A stretch of 64,000 nt of DNA from NCBI GenBank assembly GCA_020632415.1, contig JACKFO010000002.1, forward strand, positions 322,732 through 386,731, written 5' to 3'. This stretch comes from Candidatus Nomurabacteria bacterium (GTDB lineage Bacteria; Patescibacteriota; Patescibacteriia; UBA1558; GWA2-36-10). The notes under the pieces were generated by a model. The model was not told the DNA's origin, ran no database searches, and saw only the letters and a program-made list of their open reading frames with translations. This document shows, piece by piece, positions 11,346 to 21,721 of the stretch. Each line of letters starts with the position of its first letter. The stretch's first letter is position 1. The position numbers and the translations under genes were made by a program.

Positions 11346-11945
11346 ATGTCAAATCTAACAAAAAAACAAAAAGAAATTTTAGACTTTGTCACTGAATTTA
11401 TTCAAAGCAATGATTATGCTCCTAGCTATCGAGAAATAGCTGACTACTTTGGTCTCTCCTCTACTGCTACAGTCCACGAGCACCTCAAAGCTTTGGAAGA
11501 TAAAGGTCTAATTACCTCCAATCATAACGCGGCGCGTTCTTTAGAGCTTGTTACTCAACGTTTTGGCAAATCAATTGAATTGCCCTTAGTTGGTTTAATC
11601 GCTGCCGGAGAGCCGATTGAGGCGATTCAACAAAATGAATCAATCGATGTGCCTCAAAGCTTTGTTCGCGATGAAAATAGCTATGTTCTAAAAGTCAAAG
11701 GAGAATCAATGATTGAAGAAGGAATTTTGGATGGTGACTATGTAATTGTTGAACGTAATTTTTATCCACGCAATGGTGATGTGGTAGTCGCTCTACTTGA
11801 TAATACTTATGCTACTCTCAAAAAATATTTCCGAGAAGAAAACCGCATTCGTCTTCAGCCAGCCAACCACACCATGAAACCAATCTATGCCAAAAATCCA
11901 GCAATCCAAGGAATAGTCCGAGCAGTATTAAGAAAATTTGTTTAA
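11346..11945 (+). CDS. lexA: LexA repressor
   Basis: N-terminal wHTH. AAGEPI cleavage-site region. S24 peptidase Ser (VKGESM) and Lys (ATLKKY) dyad. Confidence 0.9.
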   Translation: MSNLTKKQKEILDFVTEFIQSNDYAPSYREIADYFGLSSTATVHEHLKALEDKGLITSNHNAARSLELVTQRFGKSIELPLVGLIAAGEPIEAIQQNESIDVPQSFVRDENSYVLKVKGESMIEEGILDGDYVIVERNFYPRNGDVVVALLDNTYATLKKYFREENRIRLQPANHTMKPIYAKNPAIQGIVRAVLRKFV

Positions 11946-12090
11946 TATGTCAAACTTTAGAAAAATAAAAATTTGGTATCGCAATATTCCGATTCTGAAA
12001 AAAAGTATTATCACTAGATATTACCAACGTTTGTTTCCCAAAAATAAACAAAGAATAGTTATTCGTTATCGAAAATTAGGTTTATTATAA

Positions 12091-12672
12091 TCAATTAAAC
12101 AAAGCTTTTATTTTTGCAAGATAAGCCGCAGATAAACCATGTTCTTCAGCGCCACTTAAAACAACTTGATAATATTCTTCGCTCGGCTGAGCAAAAGTTT
12201 GATCATTTTCAACAAGATAAACTTGAGCTAAAATATTTTTCTGATCAAAATTTACTTTGACAATTCGGCGCTGATAAACATTTGGGTAGCCCTCTACCTG
12301 ATCTAAAGCTCTTAAACAAGTATCGCTGATTCTAAACAAAACACCCTCTACTTCTTGACTAGCTTTTTCTTTAATATTGGCATAACCTCGACCATAAAAA
12401 TAAAAATCATAGTCCGCAAGTTTTGCCTGACCTAAATCCAAAAAATTATCCTCCCCACAACGTTGTAACATGCGAGAAGTGCTCATGTTTGACCCATAAG
12501 CAAAATAAAAAATATTTACTTCCGAATCTAATTTCAAGAACTGACTATCGTTATTTTTTGAATCGGAAATAGCTATTTCTTGCTGATTTTCAATCGGAAC
12601 AGTTTTTTGGCTAGCACAAGCAGTCAAAGAGCCTAAAGCCAAAAGCATTAAGAGAATCTTCAATTTTTTCAT
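12091..12672 (-). CDS. gamma-glutamylcyclotransferase (AIG2/GGCT)-like lipoprotein
   Basis: Signal peptide with lipobox LTAC. YFAYGSNM motif of the GGCT/AIG2 fold. Confidence 0.65.
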   Translation of the reverse strand: MKKLKILLMLLALGSLTACASQKTVPIENQQEIAISDSKNNDSQFLKLDSEVNIFYFAYGSNMSTSRMLQRCGEDNFLDLGQAKLADYDFYFYGRGYANIKEKASQEVEGVLFRISDTCLRALDQVEGYPNVYQRRIVKVNFDQKNILAQVYLVENDQTFAQPSEEYYQVVLSGAEEHGLSAAYLAKIKALFN

Positions 12673-12834
12673 AAAAAATAAGCTTAATTAATAGCTTAAG
12701 TATAACATATCCAAAAATAAAGTGAAAAAAGCCTAAAAAATAAGCTTTTGCTAAGTAGGGTTGACAAAAGCAAAAAAATTAGCTATTATATTGATACTTT
12801 TTAGAATACTTAAGGAAAAAATTAAAAATAGTAT

Positions 12835-13122
12835 ATGGCACATAAGAAAGCAGGCGGCTCCACAAGTTTAGGCCGCGATTCCGTTAGTAAACGTCTAGGC
12901 GTAAAATTATTTGCTGGCCAATTTGCAAAGGCTGGTAATATTTTGGTTCGCCAAAGAGGTAGTAAATTTCATCCTGGATTAAACGTAAAAAAAGGTAGTG
13001 ATGATACTTTATTTGCTGCTATTTCTGGCTTCATCAAATTTAGAAAACTAAAAAAGAGAAAATTTGATGGTTCACTAAAAGAAACTAGATTTATCGACAT
13101 TCTTCCAGAAGATCAAAAATAA
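12835..13122 (+). CDS. rpmA: 50S ribosomal protein L27
   Basis: [29 protein letters not shown]...[10 protein letters not shown] is the canonical L27 sequence. Upstream promoter TTGACA-17-TATTAT at about 12764-12792. Confidence 0.92.
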   Translation: MAHKKAGGSTSLGRDSVSKRLGVKLFAGQFAKAGNILVRQRGSKFHPGLNVKKGSDDTLFAAISGFIKFRKLKKRKFDGSLKETRFIDILPEDQK

Positions 13123-13131
13123 CAAATATTA

Positions 13132-13166
13132 AATCCCGCCGCGTTTGACGCGGCGGGATTTTTAGT
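13132..13166. terminator. bidirectional intrinsic terminator between rpmA and ftsX
   Basis: Perfect 12-bp GC-rich stem AATCCCGCCGCG/CGCGGCGGGATT, loop TTTGA, flanked by an A-run and a T-run. Confidence 0.7.
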
Positions 13167-13184
13167 TTAAAAAATTTATCTTAA

Positions 13185-14102
13185 CTAAACTTTCAAATAT
13201 TTACGAATAGCAATTGAAGTACTCAAAATATTTAATAAGGCTAGAACTGCAAATTGAGTGCCAAAAATTAAGAAAAAATTGGACTGAAAATACTCTGAAA
13301 TATTAATCACATTGACATCTTGAAAATACATTGTTAATGACGGCTGAATAAAATTAATGATCGGGTAAATAATAGCAATTAATAACACTACTGCCGTAAA
13401 AGCATACAGAACGCCTTCCAAAATAAAAGGCATCTTAACAAACCAATTTCCAGCACCCACTAGCTTCATGATCATGATTTCATTTTTGCGACTATAAATA
13501 CTAATTCTGATTGTATTAAAAATGACAACGATCGAAATCAACAAAAATGCACCGATAATATACCAGCTATATTTATTTAATACTTTTGAGAAATTTTCAA
13601 TTTTTCCTACAAAACTATCAAAATCATTAAAATCACTACTATCTACTAAATCCTGATATTTTTCTTGAGAAATTTTATCTAAAATCGTCGTATACTGAGA
13701 AAGCTCATTGCCTTGCACAGCCAAAGAAAAACTAAAAGGATTTTCATCTTCGTCAAAAATATCCAAAACTTTTTTAGCCTTTTCGTCTAAATTTGATTGT
13801 TCATACAAAACTTTATTTTCCTCTGGAGTAATAATTGTCACTTTTTTTACCTCTGCTTGAGAATCCAAATCTGTTGCCAATAGCTCCACTTCTTCTCGGC
13901 TAGCTCCAGGCTTCAAAGAAACTAAAATATCAACTTTTTTATTAACTCCCTCTAGCGTAGCTTCTTTGATATAATCAATTCCAATCAATAAAGTAGTTGA
14001 AAACAAAGCCATCAACATCATTGTAATTGTCACCAAAGATAACCAAAAATTTCTAAAAAATCCTTGGAAAGCAAACTTGATGACTCTAAAAAAACTGATC
14101 AT
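13185..14102 (-). CDS. ftsX: cell-division ABC transporter permease FtsX
   Basis: Four TM helices with a large extracytoplasmic loop after TM1. Directly downstream of ftsE. Confidence 0.75.
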   Translation of the reverse strand: MISFFRVIKFAFQGFFRNFWLSLVTITMMLMALFSTTLLIGIDYIKEATLEGVNKKVDILVSLKPGASREEVELLATDLDSQAEVKKVTIITPEENKVLYEQSNLDEKAKKVLDIFDEDENPFSFSLAVQGNELSQYTTILDKISQEKYQDLVDSSDFNDFDSFVGKIENFSKVLNKYSWYIIGAFLLISIVVIFNTIRISIYSRKNEIMIMKLVGAGNWFVKMPFILEGVLYAFTAVVLLIAIIYPIINFIQPSLTMYFQDVNVINISEYFQSNFFLIFGTQFAVLALLNILSTSIAIRKYLKV

Positions 14103-14122
14103 ATTTTTTATTTTAAACTATT

Positions 14123-14803
14123 TTATAATAAATAACGTCCTTGAGCTTGATCGGAAATCAAAACTCCATTATCCAAAGTAATTACCCTGCCTTTTAAACT
14201 ATTCACCACATCTTTATTATGAGTAACCAAGACAATGGTTGTCCCTAAATTATTAATCTTTTTTAATAAATCAATAATTTCTCGTGTATTAATCGAATCT
14301 AAGTTTCCAGTCGGTTCGTCAGCAACTAATAATTTTGGTTTATGGACCAAAGCTCGCGCAATAGCCACTCTTTGCTGTTCTCCTCCTGACAGCTGATTTG
14401 GATAGCGATCTTCCTTATCTTTTAAACCAACCAAAGCTAGCATCTGTCTAACTGTTTTTTTGATGTCTTTTTTTGCAAAACCACAAGCTTCCATCGCAAA
14501 AGCTACGTTTTCAAAGACAGTTTTTTTGGCAAGTAACTTATAATCTTGGAAGATAACGCCTAATTGACGACGCAAAGTTGGGACTTCTCTTTCTTTGATA
14601 TCGCTAATATCCCAGCCACCAACCAGAAGCTCTCCTTGATCAGCTTTTAACTCAGCAATAATGATTTTGATTAATGTCGATTTTCCTGAGCCACTCTGAC
14701 CAACAATAGAAACAAATTCTCCCGGCTGAATATGAAAACTGATATCATTTAAAGCCTGAATTTTTTTACCGTATTTTTTTGATAAATTAGTTACTTTGAT
14801 CAT
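14123..14803 (-). CDS. ftsE: cell-division ABC transporter ATP-binding protein FtsE
   Basis: Walker A GQSGSGKST, ABC signature LSGGEQQRVAIARAL, Walker B LLVADEPTGNLD. Confidence 0.9.
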   Translation of the reverse strand: MIKVTNLSKKYGKKIQALNDISFHIQPGEFVSIVGQSGSGKSTLIKIIIAELKADQGELLVGGWDISDIKEREVPTLRRQLGVIFQDYKLLAKKTVFENVAFAMEACGFAKKDIKKTVRQMLALVGLKDKEDRYPNQLSGGEQQRVAIARALVHKPKLLVADEPTGNLDSINTREIIDLLKKINNLGTTIVLVTHNKDVVNSLKGRVITLDNGVLISDQAQGRYLL

Positions 14804-15764
14804 AAAATTCTACTTTGACATAAATTAAACCAGCTCCTAAAGAGCTCAATTGCTTAAAAGCTTCGGTATCCAAGTCAATGATTCGTCCTGTTTGTAATTC
14901 TGGACCATAATCATTAACTTCGATAATAATTGATTTCCCAGTTTTTAACCTGGTCACTTTTAGTTTTGTGCCCTTGGGATAATCACGAGAAGCAGCGAAA
15001 TTTCCATTTTGATAATTAAAATAGCGATAACGACTTTGGTCATAAAAACTAGCAATTCCATCTTCAGCTTTTGGATCAGCAAAAATTGCTACTACCAAGT
15101 CCTGATCGTTATTTCTAACTTGAGCGCTAATAAATTTTTCCTCAACATCATTGTAGCCAACAAGTGCGGTCCATTTATTATTTGAATAATCATAATAATA
15201 AATATTTTTTGAACGAAAATCTTCTACTTGATAATGAAACTTAAGATTAGCATTTTGAAAGTTAGCTATTTTATAAAACTTCGATATTCTTTCTAAATCT
15301 CCATTTTGAATCGGCGCCATTACTTTGCTAATGATCAAATTCTGATCAGCTTCCACCTCCAAAAAAGAATCTTCTGATCTAAATTCTTGAGAAAAATTTT
15401 GATTATCTCTAACTATTTCAATATTCTCTGAAGTTAAATTTAAAACTTCTTCTGTTTTTGGTTTAACTTGCACTAAAATTTGATGATCAGTGGTTTTTTC
15501 AGCATCTTGCAAAAGCTGATTATTTTGGTCAACTAAAGAATACTTTAAATATTTTTGACTAGGATAAATCTTAAGCAGACCCGTTTTTTCTTCCCAACTT
15601 AAAACCCAATTTTTACTAGCATCATCAATTTCTAAAATATTAACAAAAATTCCATCGGTGACTTGAATTTTTTCTTGATCATTTTGAAAAGGAATCAGCT
15701 TAGCCTCAACTTTGAAAGCTATAAAAAATAAACTAAAACTTAAGATAAATAAATATTTTTTCAT
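14787..15764 (-). CDS. secreted protein with C-terminal RlpA-like double-psi beta-barrel (putative septal lytic transglycosylase or PG-binding)
   Basis: Signal peptide. C-terminal ASFYDQ...NGNFAASRDYPKGTKLKVTRLKTGKSIIIEVNDYGPELQTGRIIDLDTEAF matches the RlpA DPBB consensus. Its 3' end overlaps the ftsE start by 17 nt. Confidence 0.6.
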   Translation of the reverse strand: MKKYLFILSFSLFFIAFKVEAKLIPFQNDQEKIQVTDGIFVNILEIDDASKNWVLSWEEKTGLLKIYPSQKYLKYSLVDQNNQLLQDAEKTTDHQILVQVKPKTEEVLNLTSENIEIVRDNQNFSQEFRSEDSFLEVEADQNLIISKVMAPIQNGDLERISKFYKIANFQNANLKFHYQVEDFRSKNIYYYDYSNNKWTALVGYNDVEEKFISAQVRNNDQDLVVAIFADPKAEDGIASFYDQSRYRYFNYQNGNFAASRDYPKGTKLKVTRLKTGKSIIIEVNDYGPELQTGRIIDLDTEAFKQLSSLGAGLIYVKVEFYDQSN

Positions 15765-16633
15765 TAATAAAATTTATTAATTTTTGCAATTGTAAAATAC
15801 TGTTCAAAAAACTGATCCATTGTTTTGGCCTGAACTATAATCGATCTTACTTTCCAAGCCTTTTCCCCATTATCGTCATCAACCAAATCATCAACTCGCC
15901 AAATGATATAAGCTTCTGGGACAATAACAATTTTACTAAAATCATTCTTTTCTAGCTCAAGAATTGGCTCATAAATACCAACTAAATCCTCTGTTTTTAA
16001 CCAAACAGCTTCTTCAGCGGCCTGTGGGATATTCGAATAAGTTTCGGCAACGGCAAGAAAATCTTGACCATCTTCTAAGGCAGCATAAGCGTCTTGAGCT
16101 TTTACGATCCCTTCTTTGTCGTTGTAATTTTCTAATAACTGTTGATAAACTTTGATTTCTAAAAGATAAAGTCTAACAATATCGTTTTTAAAATCTTTCA
16201 AAGATGAACCGTAATTATCTTTCGCAAAATCAGTCAATTCTTTCAAATCTTCATCTTGAAAGGTTTCTTGCATGTAAGCCTCTAATTCTTCATCACTAAC
16301 ACTCAAAGAAAAATTCTGAGCCAAATTTTTGATCCATAAATCTCTAATGGTCTTCTGCCAAGCTAAGTCAGTAAGATCAAGCTCTGCCATTGCCTCTGGA
16401 TTGCTTTCTAAATATTTATTTAAAGATTGATAATAGCGAAGATAGTCAGCTAAATAAATCGGATAAGTCTGCTTGTTTTCAACCAACTCCCCTGCTTTTA
16501 AATTATAAACTTTAGCTAAAGATTTTGTAAAAGCAACTGGAAATTTATGAGCATAAATCATTTTGGTACTCACCCAAAAAGCTAGAGCCAAAACTCCAAT
16601 GACAGTTAATATAATTTTTAATTTATTTTTCAT
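15764..16633 (-). CDS. hypothetical membrane-anchored protein in the division cluster
   Basis: Single N-terminal TM, acidic helical ectodomain. Position between the FtsB-like and RlpA-like genes. Confidence 0.45.
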   Translation of the reverse strand: MKNKLKIILTVIGVLALAFWVSTKMIYAHKFPVAFTKSLAKVYNLKAGELVENKQTYPIYLADYLRYYQSLNKYLESNPEAMAELDLTDLAWQKTIRDLWIKNLAQNFSLSVSDEELEAYMQETFQDEDLKELTDFAKDNYGSSLKDFKNDIVRLYLLEIKVYQQLLENYNDKEGIVKAQDAYAALEDGQDFLAVAETYSNIPQAAEEAVWLKTEDLVGIYEPILELEKNDFSKIVIVPEAYIIWRVDDLVDDDNGEKAWKVRSIIVQAKTMDQFFEQYFTIAKINKFY

Positions 16634-16636
16634 ATT

Positions 16637-17020
16637 TTATTTAAAAAAGTAAGCAAACCATTTTTGCCAGTTAGACAAATCACTAGAAGCATCTCCTAAT
16701 TGATCTAGTGTTTTTGCTTGCTCTGACAAATCAATTCTTTTTTCTCCTGGCTTGCTTAAATTAAGCTGAGTTCTAGCTTGTTCTTCGATATATTGATCAC
16801 TTTGCAAATAAGAGATCAGATCTTCTAATTTATCTCGATTTAGCTCTGCCTCTGCTAGTTGCTGATTTAAATGGCTAATTTCTTTATTGATCTGATGACG
16901 ACGTGCTAATTCTTTGCCAACTTTTAAAATTGATAAAATCAAAACTACCAATAAAATGGCAATAAAAATATTTGAACTATAAACGGCACTCCAGAAAGTT
17001 TTTTTTTGTTTTTCTCTCAT
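16637..17020 (-). CDS. FtsB/DivIC-like septum formation initiator
   Basis: N-terminal TM then coiled coil (LNQQLAEAELNRDKLEDLISYLQSDQYIEEQARTQLNLSKPGEKRI), typical of the FtsB/DivIC family. Confidence 0.6.
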   Translation of the reverse strand: MREKQKKTFWSAVYSSNIFIAILLVVLILSILKVGKELARRHQINKEISHLNQQLAEAELNRDKLEDLISYLQSDQYIEEQARTQLNLSKPGEKRIDLSEQAKTLDQLGDASSDLSNWQKWFAYFFK

Positions 17021-17143
17021 TCAAAAATAAGAAATTAAGTAAGATAATTATAACATAAATTAAATAGTTTTTCCAAAACAGAAAAATAGGTTTACCAATC
17101 TACCAAAAAAGATTATAATGATAAAGGATAATTTTAAAAAATT

Positions 17144-18064
17144 ATGTCTATCCAACAAATAAAAACAAAAAAATTAACTTGGATTCATCTTAATAAAGCA
17201 ACTCGTAAAGAGATTGAGGAACTAGAAAATGAATATGGTTTTCATCGTCTAGATTTAGAAGACTGCCTAGTCAAAGTCCAAAGGCCACAAATCAGTGAGT
17301 ATCATAATTATATTTTTTTTATTCTTACTTTTCCGGTCTACAATCCTCATACTAGAGAAATAGAATCTAGTGAAGTGGATTTTTTTGTTGGCTCAAAATA
17401 CGTAATTACTCTTACCGATGGTCTAAATCCAACAGTTAATGATTTTTTTCAAGAATTAAAAAATAATGACCAAGACCTGGATCACTACATGTCCGGCTAT
17501 CAGGTAAATTTACTCTACGAAATCTTGCATCGTTTACAAAATCATACCATGCCGATGCTTGACCATGTTTCAGAAGATATTGAAGATGTTGAAAAAAGAA
17601 TTTTTAAAGGCGAAGAACGAAAAGTAGTCAAAGAAATATTACATATCAAGAGAAACATTGTTAACTTGCGAAAAATCATGCAAGCTCACAAAAACATCAT
17701 CAAAAAACTAATGCTGACCAAAAATAAATTCTTCATGCCCGATCAAACCAATATTTATTTTACAAACATCTTAGATCGAACCAAAGATATCTGGGATATC
17801 TTAGAAACTCAAAAAGAAAATATCAATGCCTTTCAAGAAACAAACGAATCTTTGATCTCAAATAAATTAAACGAGATTATGAAAATCTTGACTATTATTT
17901 CTGTGATCATGATCCCGGCCAACTTAGTTGCTTCTGTTTTTGGAATGAACGCCCGTTTTATGCCAATAGTTAATAAACCCGGCGATTTTCAAATTATCGT
18001 TTCCTTGATGCTAGTAATGATGCTCTCTTTTATCTGGTATTTTAGAAAAAAAGAATGGCTCTAG
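17144..18064 (+). CDS. corA: CorA-family magnesium/cobalt transporter
   Basis: Two C-terminal TM helices with the GMN signature (VFGMNARFMP). Confidence 0.88.
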   Translation: MSIQQIKTKKLTWIHLNKATRKEIEELENEYGFHRLDLEDCLVKVQRPQISEYHNYIFFILTFPVYNPHTREIESSEVDFFVGSKYVITLTDGLNPTVNDFFQELKNNDQDLDHYMSGYQVNLLYEILHRLQNHTMPMLDHVSEDIEDVEKRIFKGEERKVVKEILHIKRNIVNLRKIMQAHKNIIKKLMLTKNKFFMPDQTNIYFTNILDRTKDIWDILETQKENINAFQETNESLISNKLNEIMKILTIISVIMIPANLVASVFGMNARFMPIVNKPGDFQIIVSLMLVMMLSFIWYFRKKEWL

Positions 18065-18092
18065 GCTTTTCAAAAATTAAAATTTATGTTAT

Positions 18093-18120
18093 AAACCCCG
18101 TATTAAACGGGGTTTAATTT
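18093..18120 (+). terminator. putative terminator after corA
   Basis: AAACCCCGT-attaa-ACGGGGTTT followed by AATTTTA. The dus start follows directly. Confidence 0.4.
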
Positions 18121-18121
18121 T

Positions 18122-19093
18122 ATGGATAATTTCTGGCAAAAACTAAATAAACCAATTTTATCAATGACGCCAATGGCTGGAATCACTGATACTGCTTGGC
18201 GCCAAATTTGTAAAATGTGGGGAGCTGATGTTGTTTTTACTGAATTTGTTTCAGCTGACGCTTTAAATTATGATAGTAAAAAAACCCTCAAAATGCTAGA
18301 ATATCATGCTTCTGAACAGCCAGTTGTCGTTCAAATTTTCGGACGACGAATAGATATGTACCCCAAAGCAGCAAAAGTTGTAGAATCTTTGGGTGTCGCT
18401 GGAATTGATATTAATTTTGGTTGTCCGGCAAAAAAAGTAGCTGGACACGGCGGTGGAATCTGCCTTTTAAGAGACTTGGATACTGTCAAAAAAATCGTCT
18501 CCACAACCATTGAATCGGTCAATATTCCAGTCTCCGTAAAAAGTAGAATTGCTTTAAATACTGTCCAAGGCCATCCTGAAAAAGGCAAAACTACTGTCTT
18601 TGACTTGATTGAAACCTTAGCTGATTTGCCAGTAGCTTCGATGATTATTCATGGGCGTACTTACGAAACACCTTTTACTGGTCCAGTTGATTTAGAAAAT
18701 TTAAAAAAAGCCAAACTTGCTTTCAAAACCGGAACATTTTTGATCAATGGTTCGTTCCAAACTATTGAATCTGTTGCTGCTGATTTAAAATATACTCAAG
18801 CCGATGGAATCGCCTTGTCTCGTGCCTTGTATGGACAACCATGGCTTTTTAAACAAATTAGGGATTACTTAGAAACGGGAACTTATCAAGAAATCACTTG
18901 GCCAGAAATCAAAGATACCGCCATTAAACACGCTCATCTTTTGTATCAATCAAAAGGTGAAAAAGGATTTAAAGAAATGCGTAAGCATTTACTATTTTAC
19001 GTCAAAGGCAGACCAGATGCTTCAACTTTAAGAAAAGAATTGGTTCAAGTAGAAAATCCAGAGCAAGTTGAAAAAATATTTAAAAATATTTAA
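18122..19093 (+). CDS. dus: tRNA-dihydrouridine synthase
   Basis: MTPMAGITDTAWRQ..., FMN-binding TIM barrel, catalytic INFGCPAKKV. Confidence 0.88.
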   Translation: MDNFWQKLNKPILSMTPMAGITDTAWRQICKMWGADVVFTEFVSADALNYDSKKTLKMLEYHASEQPVVVQIFGRRIDMYPKAAKVVESLGVAGIDINFGCPAKKVAGHGGGICLLRDLDTVKKIVSTTIESVNIPVSVKSRIALNTVQGHPEKGKTTVFDLIETLADLPVASMIIHGRTYETPFTGPVDLENLKKAKLAFKTGTFLINGSFQTIESVAADLKYTQADGIALSRALYGQPWLFKQIRDYLETGTYQEITWPEIKDTAIKHAHLLYQSKGEKGFKEMRKHLLFYVKGRPDASTLRKELVQVENPEQVEKIFKNI

Positions 19094-19094
19094 A

Positions 19095-19124
19095 AACTCC
19101 GGACATTAAGTCCGGAGTTTTTTA
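19095..19124. terminator. bidirectional intrinsic terminator (dus / 851-aa surface protein)
   Basis: ACTCCGGAC-attaa-GTCCGGAGT followed by TTTTTTATTT. Convergent genes lie on both sides. Confidence 0.7.
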
Positions 19125-19132
19125 TTTAGTTT

Positions 19133-21688
19133 TTAATCAACTAATTGATAAGGCAACAAATCCGCTTCAAAGCGAGAAATGCTACTGCCAGTTGGATAAA
19201 CGGACAAATCCGTTTTAATCACCACGTCTTTCATTCTAAAATAATTAGCGCTAAAGGCTGCTAAATTAGAAAAAGGTCTTTTTCTTCCGTTTTCAATATA
19301 ATAAATCGTGTCATTATCAGGCTCTTTAGCTAAAATTCCGCTTGGCAATAGATTATAAATATCATCTCCTTTTTCATAAGTAGTAGCAAAATAACCAGGA
19401 ATTACATCTTGTACCAAACGAAACCAATTATCGCCATACAAATGTCTAGCCATTTCCTCTGAAGGGATATATCTTAAAAATCCATTTGGTTCAACTGCAT
19501 AAATTTTATTTGAATCCACAGTAGTAACCAATTTTATTCCCGGACGATAAGTTATCACTCCTCCATCTGGATATAAATCTAATTCTGCAACATCAACTTT
19601 TACTACACGATCAAAATTATCATACCAAGTATAGTAGGTTTTTGGATCTGGAAAAGCATATTTCTTACCATCTTGGCCAATATAATAAACAGTTGCGTCT
19701 TTGACTCCAGCTTGAGCAAGTAATAAACCCGAGTCAGCAAACTCTTGAATACCTAAAACTTGTCCCACAGAAACTTGAATTGAATCATTGACAATAGAAC
19801 TAGTTCCTCTTCTATTTTTGAATTGAGCATAAACCGTTCTTGTGCCATTACCAGCAAGCAAAGCCCAAGGAGTGGTAGTACTATAAGCTCGCCAAGCAAC
19901 ATTATCAAAATTAGAAAAATTACTAATTCTCATTTCCAAAGGAGCATAGGCAGAAGTCATGTTATTAGCAAATAGATTCAAAGTTACCACGCTACTATTA
20001 CTAGTTGCTGCGTTATTATTAATCAAAACTTGTGGATTGCGAGGATTGGAGCTAATTCCTCCTCCGCCGCCTCCTCCGCCGCCTCCTCCGCCGCCACCGG
20101 AAATAGCATTAACAGTAATTGTGCTGGTAGCAAAATCAGAATAAGCTAAACCATCAAAAGCACGATAAGTAAACTGATCGGCACCAACAAATCCACTTTC
20201 TGGTGAATAAGTAAATGAACCATCGTCATTTAAGGTCAATTGTCCATGACTAACATTTGTTCCTAGAACACTAGATAGATCGTGTGGACCTTGATCACTA
20301 TCACTGTCATTGGCTAAAACACCATCTCCAGCTGAAATATTTAACTGAACATTTGCATTTGTCTGATAGCTATCATTATTGGCGACTGGATTTTCGTTTA
20401 GATTTTCTCCAACTGCCAAAATTACTTTGGCAAGATTAGAATAAGCTAAACCATCAAAAGCACGGTAAGTAAAAGCATCTTTTCCTTCAAAATCTGTATC
20501 TGGTACGTATTTAAAATTACCATTTACACCCATGATCAAAACTCCATGTTCAACCCAATTTTCAACTTTAACAGTCATAGGCTCTGGACGATTGTCTGGA
20601 TCTTTATCATTGTCCAAAATACTTTCCGGAGAAAGAATGAATGTTTCATTTTTATCTAATTGATAAGCATCACCTTTAGCAATTGGTGAGCGATTAGAAC
20701 CGGTATCTTTAACAACAACCTTAACTGTTGCAATGTCAGAATAATCAAGACCATCAAAGGCTTGATACCTAAAATAAGCATTGCCAACATAACCCTTTTC
20801 TGGCTTATAAATAAAAGACCCATTATTATTTAATTCTAAATGTCCATGAGTCAAATCTTCATTACCCATATCCCACAAACGAGCTGTTAAATGCTGCGGA
20901 CCATCTTGATCTTGGTCATTTGCCAAAACTCCATTTAAACGATCAATAGTTAAAAGATTACCGGAAACAACTGAATATAAATCTCCTTTAGCAATTGGCT
21001 TTTGATTATCAACCGGATCATTTCCGCGGCCAATTTCTATTTTGATGATAATTTCTTCAGTGTCCGTACCATTTACTGCCTTTAATCTTCCAGAGAACTT
21101 ATAGGTTCCTTCTGGCCAATCACCACGTATCTTAAAACTTTTTGTATCATCTAAAGCATCCTTAAAAACCAAACCATTTTGACCATTGGCATAAAGATAA
21201 AATATCGGTGCTCGATCATAAATAATATGATGCATCGGCTCAGTCATGTCACCAAGATAACGTAAAAAAGTACTTGGATAATCAACTATTGCAAAAGGAT
21301 AGTCGCCACGCAATACTTCGACGTTAGTGGAGCTCTCAATAGAATTAATATAATAAATTTCTATTTCTTCTTTGGTATTTAATTGATAACCGTGATCTAA
21401 ATCGCCACGCAATCTTTGCCATTCACGACCATCAAGTGAAGAAGCCAGGGTTAAACTCTCCAAGGTCAATCTTTCATTTTGATAACCAAAGCCACCATAA
21501 GGAGAGGTGTTATTTGGTTTTTTTGATGCTGTGCTCGCTGAATCTTGCTTAGTATTTTGATTGATCAAAACTTTAGCGCTGAGATTAGACACGTCTTCAC
21601 TGATCATCGCCAAAGCTGGCAATGAATAACTAAAGCTACTGCTCAACAAAATACTGGAAATAGTAAAAATACTAATAAATTTTTTCAT
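19133..21688 (-). CDS. large secreted surface protein with three tandem cadherin-like/Ig-like repeats and a poly-Gly linker
   Basis: Signal peptide. Three repeats of about 95 aa (PIAKGD...GSFxYxPExGxxGxDxFxYRAFDGLxYS...). A run of 14 Gly. C-terminal domain. Confidence 0.6.
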   Translation of the reverse strand: MKKFISIFTISSILLSSSFSYSLPALAMISEDVSNLSAKVLINQNTKQDSASTASKKPNNTSPYGGFGYQNERLTLESLTLASSLDGREWQRLRGDLDHGYQLNTKEEIEIYYINSIESSTNVEVLRGDYPFAIVDYPSTFLRYLGDMTEPMHHIIYDRAPIFYLYANGQNGLVFKDALDDTKSFKIRGDWPEGTYKFSGRLKAVNGTDTEEIIIKIEIGRGNDPVDNQKPIAKGDLYSVVSGNLLTIDRLNGVLANDQDQDGPQHLTARLWDMGNEDLTHGHLELNNNGSFIYKPEKGYVGNAYFRYQAFDGLDYSDIATVKVVVKDTGSNRSPIAKGDAYQLDKNETFILSPESILDNDKDPDNRPEPMTVKVENWVEHGVLIMGVNGNFKYVPDTDFEGKDAFTYRAFDGLAYSNLAKVILAVGENLNENPVANNDSYQTNANVQLNISAGDGVLANDSDSDQGPHDLSSVLGTNVSHGQLTLNDDGSFTYSPESGFVGADQFTYRAFDGLAYSDFATSTITVNAISGGGGGGGGGGGGGGISSNPRNPQVLINNNAATSNSSVVTLNLFANNMTSAYAPLEMRISNFSNFDNVAWRAYSTTTPWALLAGNGTRTVYAQFKNRRGTSSIVNDSIQVSVGQVLGIQEFADSGLLLAQAGVKDATVYYIGQDGKKYAFPDPKTYYTWYDNFDRVVKVDVAELDLYPDGGVITYRPGIKLVTTVDSNKIYAVEPNGFLRYIPSEEMARHLYGDNWFRLVQDVIPGYFATTYEKGDDIYNLLPSGILAKEPDNDTIYYIENGRKRPFSNLAAFSANYFRMKDVVIKTDLSVYPTGSSISRFEADLLPYQLVD
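20058..20104 (-). repeat. in-frame 9-bp microsatellite (GGAGGCGGC)n encoding the poly-Gly tract
   Basis: cctcctccgccgcctcctccgccgcctcctccgccgccaccgga on the plus strand. The 9-nt unit means slippage would change linker length without a frameshift. Confidence 0.7.
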
Positions 21689-21721
21689 ATACTTAAAAAG
21701 TTACAAACTTTATTTACAAAT

